From positions 245,687 through 309,686 of the forward strand of contig JAGXBC010000001.1 of NCBI GenBank assembly GCA_018971305.1: DNA of 64,000 bases, read 5' to 3'. Positions 9,084 through 16,164 of the stretch are shown one piece after another (position 1 is the stretch's first letter; every line of letters starts with the position of its first letter). The position numbers and the translations under genes are program-made. The stretch comes from Patescibacteria group bacterium. GTDB lineage: Bacteria > Patescibacteriota > Minisyncoccia > UBA6257 > 2-01-FULL-56-20. The notes beneath the pieces were generated by a model that searched no databases, was not told where the DNA came from, and was given only the letters and a program-made list of their open reading frames with translations.

Positions 9084-10016
9084 TTACCTTGTTGAAAGCC
9101 ATCTAAGGAGCGGAGATACCGCCCAAGTACCTCCCATCAATGGACTCCCGGCCTTGAATGATATGGTTGTTCCGAGTAGAAGATCGTGTAATTGAGGGTC
9201 TAGAAAAAGTGACTGTGAAAACGTAGCAAAATGAGCGCCGTTCGGATCGGGTGTGAGTTTTAGCTTATAACCCGGGGTAGGAATGAGATAATCCGATGTT
9301 AAACCACTATAAAGGACTACATCTATAGTTGGAACACCAGAACAATCCCCATTAATCGTTCCGTCCATATAAACTGTATCTCCAGTGTAGGCAGTATAGG
9401 ACTGTGTTGATATCGTGTTTTGGTTGTTGGCGTCTTTCCATACTAAAGTAGCACCAGTTATGGTGCAGGTAGTTAGTGATGCTGTATTACCACAACCCTT
9501 ACTACTATTAGTATCGAGCAAAAAACAAGGATTACCACCACAACCCTGAATTGTTGAGCAGCTTGGCGCGCAGGCCAATATTCCATTAGGAGCAGCACAA
9601 CCATACATTGTTTGCCCACTCGACAAACTTACCCCTATCGACGACACATTAGCCGGAGATAGTGTGGGCAGATTGAGGTTAACAAGATTGGGGTTGATAA
9701 CGTTCAGTATAAGATATGCTCCACCAAGGAGAACTAAGCCCAATAAAGCGCTTTTTATCCAATCTTTACCCTCGCTTTGTCCGGAAGGATTGCCTGCGGC
9801 AAAGATATACTTAACTCCACCGAATACCACGGCTCCGAAAGCAAGGATGCCTCCTAGATATAAGGCATATTTGTAGAAAGCGTTAACGGTAGACGGAATG
9901 TCCGGACCTGTTGAGAAGGGGAGGCTCGTGTTGATGGAAACCGTGGCGGCTAAGGCCGAGTTCGCCGCGCAAGAGAACAAGAGCGCCATCGTTAACCAAT
10001 AAATAGATCTTTTCAT
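9084..10016 (-). CDS. decorated pilin: N-terminal VirB2/TrbC-like pilin domain (signal peptide + 2 hydrophobic helices) fused to a C-terminal Cys-rich extracellular domain
   Basis: The N-terminal ~110 aa are nearly identical to the N-terminus of the 59163..60386 protein (ATVSINTSLPFSTGPDIPSTVNAFYKYALYLGGILAFGAVVFGGVKYIFAAGNPSGQSEGKDWIKSALLGLVLLGGAYLILNVINPNLVNLNLPTLSPANVSS). The C-terminal half has many Cys. Confidence 0.6.
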   Translation of the reverse strand: MKRSIYWLTMALLFSCAANSALAATVSINTSLPFSTGPDIPSTVNAFYKYALYLGGILAFGAVVFGGVKYIFAAGNPSGQSEGKDWIKSALLGLVLLGGAYLILNVINPNLVNLNLPTLSPANVSSIGVSLSSGQTMYGCAAPNGILACAPSCSTIQGCGGNPCFLLDTNSSKGCGNTASLTTCTITGATLVWKDANNQNTISTQSYTAYTGDTVYMDGTINGDCSGVPTIDVVLYSGLTSDYLIPTPGYKLKLTPDPNGAHFATFSQSLFLDPQLHDLLLGTTISFKAGSPLMGGTWAVSPLLRWLSTR

Positions 10017-10705
10017 TATCGTCCGAAAGTTAAAATTTCGTTCGCGCTTGCCGCTTCCGACGAGTTGCGCGTGCCGTTTATGGAGAGCCCGACATCGAAC
10101 TCCGAACCTGGAGGGGTAGATGGATTTAGGTTAACCGTAAGCTTGGAAGGGTCCTCTAAATTTGTCGGAGACTGGTCGTTCACGGTCCAGGAGTAGTTCA
10201 ACGACGATGGCGTTGTCGTGTTGAAAAAATACGGGATAGCAGAAACCTGCAAAGAATTACCGGAGAAACTTCCATTGGGATAGGGCGAATAAATCACCGC
10301 CTCCGGAGAGACAAGTGGTATATCTATATTATCAACGAGGAGGTTGGTCGCGTAATTTGGGATTTGGATTCTTATGCTCGCAGTATCCGTGATTCCGTTT
10401 GGAACGAATCCTATGCTTTGCATGCCAGCTCCTCCGGCGAGGAGATCATCATTCAGATACCAGTAAACTGTTTGTTTAGAAATATCGGCAGGCTTTCCTC
10501 CGACCAAGAGCTCAAAAGACACGTTTATTAGAGAATTTGTCGTGGGCATAATTTTCCCCCGATAGTCCGCCGGCACATAGCTATTTGCCCGCCAAGTAAC
10601 AAGAAATTGGGGGGTTGATTGCTGGGCCCTCGCTTCGCGGATTAAAAGCAGGGCCGCGAATATAGCAGAGAACAATATTAAGACCGTATTAAGATTTTTT
10701 TTCAT
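10016..10705 (-). CDS. secreted hypothetical protein (signal peptide), T4SS-like operon member
   Basis: MKKNLNTVLILFSAIFAALLLIREARAQQ signal peptide. 229 aa with no recognisable domain. Its stop overlaps the start of the downstream gene at 10016. Confidence 0.5.
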   Translation of the reverse strand: MKKNLNTVLILFSAIFAALLLIREARAQQSTPQFLVTWRANSYVPADYRGKIMPTTNSLINVSFELLVGGKPADISKQTVYWYLNDDLLAGGAGMQSIGFVPNGITDTASIRIQIPNYATNLLVDNIDIPLVSPEAVIYSPYPNGSFSGNSLQVSAIPYFFNTTTPSSLNYSWTVNDQSPTNLEDPSKLTVNLNPSTPPGSEFDVGLSINGTRNSSEAASANEILTFGR

Positions 10706-10715
10706 CCTTTATTAA

Positions 10716-11756
10716 TTATAACAATTCCTTATTTTTATTCTTGTCACCGGTTTTACTCTTTCCGATTTGTTCTATTGGGACCGGTTCTTCCTCATCCTCT
10801 TGCTCTGGCTTCTTCTCGGCCTCAGGGAGCTTTCTCATAATATCCATTAATTTGCCCATTTCTTTAACTTCTCCCGGTTCTTCTTCTAACCCCATCTCCC
10901 CCTCCGATATTTCTTCGCCACCCTCCCCTCCGCCTGCTTCGATTTGTTCTCTTTCGCTTTCCTCAGCACCTTCCCCACCCTTACTTTCGCTGGGTTTTTC
11001 GTTGTTCTCTCCCTCGCCCCCAGTCGAACCCTCTCCTTTTTCTGCATCAGCACCCCGATCATCCGCACCTTCTCTACCCCCTCTTTCGCTGGGTTTTTCG
11101 CGCCCCTCTCCCTCTATTCCGGTCAGAGATTCTTCTTTCTCTGCTTCTTCCTCTTCTCCTGTCTCCAGCTCTTCGCGGCGTTCAGCTTCCCGACCTTCGC
11201 TTTTCGATTCTGATTGTTCTGTTCCCTCTCCCTCTAAGGATTCACCGCGACCCCCACCCGCTCCTTCTTCTGTAGTTCCTTCTGGTTTAGGTGTTGCACC
11301 TGCTTCCTCTGCTGTTTTCGCCGCACCGGCGGCTTCTTCTGTTGTCTTGGCTGCCTTGGCGGTTTCCTCCGCCGCTTTTTCCACCTCTTTTACCTCGGAG
11401 CCAGCTTCGTTTTCTGGTGCTGCAACTTTGGCTGCAAGTTCGGCCGCCTTTTCAAATTTAGGATGATCATCGGCATAAAATGTTAATAACAACATTGCCG
11501 TCATCCATGGAAGATCTCCTAAAACAGGCACAACTCCTCCGGCAAATCCATATAAGGCATAAATAGCTCCGACGCCCTTAAGCACCAAATACATAAGAAC
11601 AGCCGCCTCGCAAAAAGCGATTATCTTGGAAACTATTTCTCCGGCACCGGTAAACAGGAGAACAAGCTTTACTATATCAATCAAGCCAACCGGAAGTATT
11701 AGAAGTATGCGTTCTGGTAGAGAGATTTTGGGCTGCGGTTGCTGGTTTTCTTCCAT
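10716..11756 (-). CDS. membrane protein with an extreme Glu/Gly/Ala-rich acidic low-complexity C-terminal half
   Basis: Hydrophobic N-terminal ~110 aa (2-3 TM), then ~230 aa dominated by E, G, A, K (EEAEKEESLTGIEGEGREK...). The antisense Ser-rich ORF 10741..11466 is its shadow. Confidence 0.5.
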   Translation of the reverse strand: MEENQQPQPKISLPERILLILPVGLIDIVKLVLLFTGAGEIVSKIIAFCEAAVLMYLVLKGVGAIYALYGFAGGVVPVLGDLPWMTAMLLLTFYADDHPKFEKAAELAAKVAAPENEAGSEVKEVEKAAEETAKAAKTTEEAAGAAKTAEEAGATPKPEGTTEEGAGGGRGESLEGEGTEQSESKSEGREAERREELETGEEEEAEKEESLTGIEGEGREKPSERGGREGADDRGADAEKGEGSTGGEGENNEKPSESKGGEGAEESEREQIEAGGGEGGEEISEGEMGLEEEPGEVKEMGKLMDIMRKLPEAEKKPEQEDEEEPVPIEQIGKSKTGDKNKNKELL

Positions 11757-11777
11757 AATTGCATCTTAAAACTAAAT

Positions 11778-13532
11778 CTATGATTCCTGATCGTGTTCCT
11801 CTACCAATAACTGTTCCGGGTTGGTAGTAATAACGCGGTCTTCAAAATATGAAGCAACGACCTGTATGGCTACGTGCCGCTTATTCCCCGCGAAGAATAA
11901 TCCGGTGCCGACTTCGGCCCCCAAAAGAAAATTCTTTTCTGAATCAGTCAGGTCAAAAGCCTTAGCGACAATATCAATGGTTGCCGGCGCCTGTTTCAAA
12001 AGGAGTTGAAGCGAGGAATTCGTGATTATCGGCCGCCCGTTAGGCGAGCGCAGAAAGTCCTCAACGTCTTGCGTGATAGTCGTTAATCCTAAATAGTATT
12101 TACGGCAACGTTTGGCGATACCCAAAAGGAAAGAAGAACTATCCTCATTCTTCATCATCCACCAGGCTTCGTCGATGATGAGCAGGCGTTTTTTGAGCTG
12201 GGCGCGTACTAAATTCCAGATGAATCCCAAGATAATAAACATTGCTATCGGTCGCAATTCTTCCTCCAGGTCGCGGATAGAAAATATTATAAGTCGATTA
12301 TCAACATCTATATTGGTGGGCTGGTTTATAAACCCCGAGAAACTTCCCTTAGTGAACTTATAGAGGCGTTCGGCTATCGCTTTCCCTCCTTCAAGGTTTC
12401 GCAAGATAGTTTCCAGGTCTTCCAAAAGCGGAGATGTGGCGCCGGAAAAATCCTGTCCGGCAACTATTTCGCGCGAAGCATAGGTTTCTGTTATCGCTCT
12501 GTCGAGAAGGGCGTCTTCTTCCGGCTTAAGTTTTCCGAGCATGAGTTTAAGTAGGCTGGAGATGTTAACGATGTGGGAGCGCAGGACGTCGGAGGGAGAT
12601 TCGTCTTTGGGAATGGGCGGTATGTCAAAAGGGTTGATGTGTTCGTGCGAAGAAAGGGAAATATTAAAAATTGTTCCGCCCAGGGTATTGGAAAGTTTTT
12701 GATATTCGTTTTCGGGATCAATAACTATTACGTTTTCCGTATCCGTCATTAACGATCTTATTATTTCCAGTTTGGTGGCATATGATTTTCCCGAACCGGC
12801 TTTGGCAAAAACCACTTGATTGGCGTTCTCCAAAGAGAACCTGTCGAAAATCACCAGGCTGTTATTATGCAGGTTTATGCCGTACATAATTCCTTCATTG
12901 GAAGACAGGTCTTCGGAAACAAAGGGGAAGAAAGATGATATCGGTCCGGAATTCATCGGTGTATAGATCTGGATCTTGTCGTCGCCCGTAGGCATTATGG
13001 AGAATAATCCCTCCAGTTGCTGGAAGATGGCTGGTTTTAAATAGATAAGTTTTGCCTCCATAATTGATGTTAGTTTGGATTCTATCCGCGCCAGTTCTTC
13101 CTGTGAGTCGGCATAAACAGTTATATATACTCCTGTGTCAAAAAGTTTTTCCTGCGATTGTTGTAATGTGTCGCGCAGGGTTTCCACGTCGCGGAGGGCC
13201 GTCTCGAGCATTGGATCACGCACTAATCCCTTATCGGCGTTATCGTTTATTTGTGATTCAAGTTGGGCCGATTTTCTCCGAAGGTTTTTGAGTGCCGAGC
13301 CCGTGTCTATTGGATTTACAAAGATAGAGATATCAAATAGATTCGGAAGATCTATTATCGGTTCAAACCAGCCGGTGGAAAGATAGCGCGGATAAGAGAA
13401 AACGAAGAACGTCTTGGCTATTTTATCCCCGATCTTTAAGTAATTTTGGGCGACCTCCAATCCGGCCGGAGCGATAATCTTGGTTACGTTCTTAAAATCA
13501 CTATTTTGGCCTTCGTTTTTATTATTGGGCAT
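11778..13532 (-). CDS. virB4: VirB4/TrbE/CagE-family T4SS ATPase (central + ATPase domains)
   Basis: Walker A FAKAGSGKSYATK, Walker B LLIIDEAWWMM. The conserved VirB4 middle region is present (FFVFSYPRYLSTGWFEPII). 584 aa. Confidence 0.85.
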   Translation of the reverse strand: MPNNKNEGQNSDFKNVTKIIAPAGLEVAQNYLKIGDKIAKTFFVFSYPRYLSTGWFEPIIDLPNLFDISIFVNPIDTGSALKNLRRKSAQLESQINDNADKGLVRDPMLETALRDVETLRDTLQQSQEKLFDTGVYITVYADSQEELARIESKLTSIMEAKLIYLKPAIFQQLEGLFSIMPTGDDKIQIYTPMNSGPISSFFPFVSEDLSSNEGIMYGINLHNNSLVIFDRFSLENANQVVFAKAGSGKSYATKLEIIRSLMTDTENVIVIDPENEYQKLSNTLGGTIFNISLSSHEHINPFDIPPIPKDESPSDVLRSHIVNISSLLKLMLGKLKPEEDALLDRAITETYASREIVAGQDFSGATSPLLEDLETILRNLEGGKAIAERLYKFTKGSFSGFINQPTNIDVDNRLIIFSIRDLEEELRPIAMFIILGFIWNLVRAQLKKRLLIIDEAWWMMKNEDSSSFLLGIAKRCRKYYLGLTTITQDVEDFLRSPNGRPIITNSSLQLLLKQAPATIDIVAKAFDLTDSEKNFLLGAEVGTGLFFAGNKRHVAIQVVASYFEDRVITTNPEQLLVEEHDQES

Positions 13533-13568
13533 ATATTTATTTGTGCCGATAGTTAGGTGGTTAAAAAA

Positions 13569-14243
13569 TTATAATCCAGATTTTTCGGAAGCTATATTCA
13601 CACCTTCTTTCTCAACGGTTTCCGGATTGTAAAAATTATAGAAGAGCTCTATTAATTGTTCGTTGTTCAGGACGACGGCTTCCAGCCCTATCGATAAAAG
13701 CCCCTCCAATACTTGGTTCACGCGCTGTTTCAGCTGGGCAAGGTTTTCATTGAAACGCATCATCGTTTCCGCCTTAGCCTTTTCTTCGGCAGCATCATTC
13801 TTTTTGCCGAAGAATGGCAGGATTTTACTTATGGATTCCTGGTTTGGAAGCATCAGGGGGGAAAACGGCACAACCACCAGAAAGGCCTTTTCCATGATGG
13901 CATTTTTTTGTACGAAACCGCGCACAAATTCTATGTACTCCTCCGTTTGGTTCTGCAGAAGCGGCGACTTCTCTTTGGCTTCGTATTTAGCAAGGCCGCT
14001 CAAGTATTTTTCTATATTTACCTTCCGGGAATGGATGATGACTTGCATCGGAAAATCCAGGCCATTCAAAAAATTTTGGTAGGCCTGCGTTACGATGTTC
14101 TGCTCCATTTCAGATTTCAGGGCAAAATTAATTCCGCTTACCATAATAACCTGGCGCAGACTGCCGTTTTTCATTACCACCGTGTCTTGCACAATGTCTT
14201 TTATAGACACCAGGTCTTGAGTGTTCGCAAAATTTTTAGGCAT
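13569..14243 (-). CDS. VirB4 N-terminal domain (CagE/TrbE/VirB N-domain) as a separate ORF, i.e. a split VirB4
   Basis: KNGSLRQVIMVSGINFALKSEMEQNIVTQAYQNFLNGLDFPMQVIIHSRKVNIEKYL resembles the VirB4 N-domain (DGSL..v..v.G.d....s.ee...). It lies 36 nt upstream of the ATPase ORF on the same strand. Confidence 0.55.
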   Translation of the reverse strand: MPKNFANTQDLVSIKDIVQDTVVMKNGSLRQVIMVSGINFALKSEMEQNIVTQAYQNFLNGLDFPMQVIIHSRKVNIEKYLSGLAKYEAKEKSPLLQNQTEEYIEFVRGFVQKNAIMEKAFLVVVPFSPLMLPNQESISKILPFFGKKNDAAEEKAKAETMMRFNENLAQLKQRVNQVLEGLLSIGLEAVVLNNEQLIELFYNFYNPETVEKEGVNIASEKSGL

Positions 14244-14284
14244 CTTTTTATTTTATTATACCTTTTAATTACCCAATTCTAAAT

Positions 14285-14782
14285 TTATCTGTAATCAATG
14301 CGCCGTGCCGCCTCGCGATCTCCTGTGACGTGCTGGAATATTTGGTACTGATCATCAACCTTCTGCATGAATTGTTGGTTGGATACTTTTGTGCCGCTTT
14401 GCAGGTTTTTCCAGGCGCTGCGTAGCGCCGCTCCAGAAACAATATTCTCTAGTGAGAAATTACCAGACACTCCAAGCCCATCACTACCCTTGACCGTTTC
14501 CGGATTTTCCGGCTGCCAGACGTACACCTGCGGTTTCCAATAAAAACCGAAGGCGCTTAGAACCACGCTCGGTAGGGCTCTCCCCTCCACTCTTATAAAT
14601 GCCAGAGCCAGAGATCCGCCTACAAGGAAAATAGAAAGCATGGCAAAAAGCCATGGCTGTACTGTGAAATATAGGAGGAAACTAAGAATTCCTGCAGAGC
14701 CTACGTAGACGAACTGTTTAATAGTGAAGGGACCGACGAGCTTGTCTTCCGTTTGAATAAATTGAGGGACCTGAAATTGCAT
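14285..14782 (-). CDS. VirB3/PrgI-like small membrane protein
   Basis: 165 aa with two adjacent TM helices (FVYVGSAGILSFLLYFTVQPWLFAMLSIFLVGGSLALAFI). It sits immediately upstream of VirB4, as PrgI/VirB3 does in Gram-positive-type T4SS. Confidence 0.5.
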   Translation of the reverse strand: MQFQVPQFIQTEDKLVGPFTIKQFVYVGSAGILSFLLYFTVQPWLFAMLSIFLVGGSLALAFIRVEGRALPSVVLSAFGFYWKPQVYVWQPENPETVKGSDGLGVSGNFSLENIVSGAALRSAWKNLQSGTKVSNQQFMQKVDDQYQIFQHVTGDREAARRIDYR

Positions 14783-14899
14783 TGTTTTTAGGTTTTACCC
14801 ACCTGCCTCGTCTGCCGACTGGCAGGGCTATTTTAGGTGTTTGGCTTTTAGTTGATCTTAGCGGGGGCTTCCTAAAAGCCAAAAGTCAAAACCTAAAAG

Positions 14900-16156
14900 C
14901 TAGGTGTTTATTGGAGGCTTCGGCAGATTAACGTCTGATTGGTTTAGAGCTTGCGATGGCGACTGATCGCCGGGAATAGCTTTATTTTTTTCCAATATTT
15001 TTATTTTCTCAAACTCGCCCATTGTATCTTTAATTTGCGGTAAAGATTGTGGCGGTTCTGCTCTTTTGATTATCGGTGATCCTGCAAAGAGCGGTCTGAC
15101 TTGTTCGTTATTCCCCTCTATTTTTTTTGTTCCGGTGTCGTTCGCGATGGGCTGTGGCATGTCACCCACAATCGTCTTTAGTCCGGTGTAGTGTACTACC
15201 CTGGGCTGTTCTTGTTTCTGGGCAATAATTTCTGGTTGTGTGTTTGGGGCAGATGGCTGTTGGCTCTTTATATCTTTTGTAATTGGAGAGAAAACAAATT
15301 TATCCATTTTTGCCACCGGCGGACGTGGTGGTGGGGCTGGCTTCATTACTCCTTTATTTGTCGTGAATGAAACGGAGCCGCCGATTTCTATTTTTGCCGG
15401 TCCAAGCGGAGCTTGTCTGTCCTTAGTTTCTGAAATTTTCTGTTCGGGGATATTTATTCTGAACTCCGAGGCCGATTTTGTAGGAGAAGCCGGAGCTTCT
15501 TCGCGATGAAGCATTGCCGGGGGCGGTTCGTCGGGGGATTCTTCGGTTGATATTTTTTCTGTCCCATAATCAATACGTTCCGCTTTCTGGTTCTGTATTC
15601 CTTGCCGCCTATCACTCACCGCTTGTTGCTGGGCGGGAGATTCAGTGAGACGTGACGGTGGTATTTTCTTTCCCAACTCCATTCTCTCAAATTCCCCGAT
15701 GGGCTCTTTCTGTTTTTCCACCTGTAGTGTGGCGGAGAGCGTGGGTTTTGCAGAGACGAATGTTTCGCCGATATCTATCCCTCCCGGTCGGCGGATTTCT
15801 TCCATTACCCTCGGAGCGATCATATCAAATTTTGAAATCGGTTCATGCACAGACATAATATCGGCTTTCAGGGGATCAAAAATTCTCTTGTTTATCGCGC
15901 CGGCTATTGTGTCTGCGGCCTGCGGTACGATTCCCAACTCTTTAAGCTCTCCCGCCATGTCTTCCGGATGGATGAATCCCAAAATCACGTGGCCGAAAAT
16001 CCTTACCACATAATTTATTTGTTCTTCTGGCAGATGCTCATTGCCGCAAGTTTTCCAAATGAAATCGGAGTTCGCTTCCGAGACCATCGCTTCGCGCAAA
16101 ACATCCGGGATATTATCCCATCGTTCCAGCGCTTGATTTTGTGTGACTGTTACCAT
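14900..16156 (-). CDS. hypothetical protein with a globular N-domain and a long Pro-rich tail (T4SS-like operon member)
   Basis: 418 aa, no TM. The C-terminal two thirds are rich in P/Q/E/K (KPAPPPRPPVAKMD, PPINT). Confidence 0.45.
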   Translation of the reverse strand: MVTVTQNQALERWDNIPDVLREAMVSEANSDFIWKTCGNEHLPEEQINYVVRIFGHVILGFIHPEDMAGELKELGIVPQAADTIAGAINKRIFDPLKADIMSVHEPISKFDMIAPRVMEEIRRPGGIDIGETFVSAKPTLSATLQVEKQKEPIGEFERMELGKKIPPSRLTESPAQQQAVSDRRQGIQNQKAERIDYGTEKISTEESPDEPPPAMLHREEAPASPTKSASEFRINIPEQKISETKDRQAPLGPAKIEIGGSVSFTTNKGVMKPAPPPRPPVAKMDKFVFSPITKDIKSQQPSAPNTQPEIIAQKQEQPRVVHYTGLKTIVGDMPQPIANDTGTKKIEGNNEQVRPLFAGSPIIKRAEPPQSLPQIKDTMGEFEKIKILEKNKAIPGDQSPSQALNQSDVNLPKPPINT

Positions 16157-16164
16157 GTTTTATT

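Noticed and set aside
10741-11466. 241-aa Ser/Pro-rich ORF on the plus strand
   Set aside because: It is the antisense shadow of the Glu-rich low-complexity region of gene 10716..11756 (GAA/GAG codons read as TTC/CTC Ser/Leu/Phe), with no independent signals.
13663-14282. Two overlapping plus-strand ORFs (139 and 189 aa)
   Set aside because: They are antisense to the VirB4 N-domain gene, which has a recognisable domain signature. They look like typical AT-rich antisense open frames.
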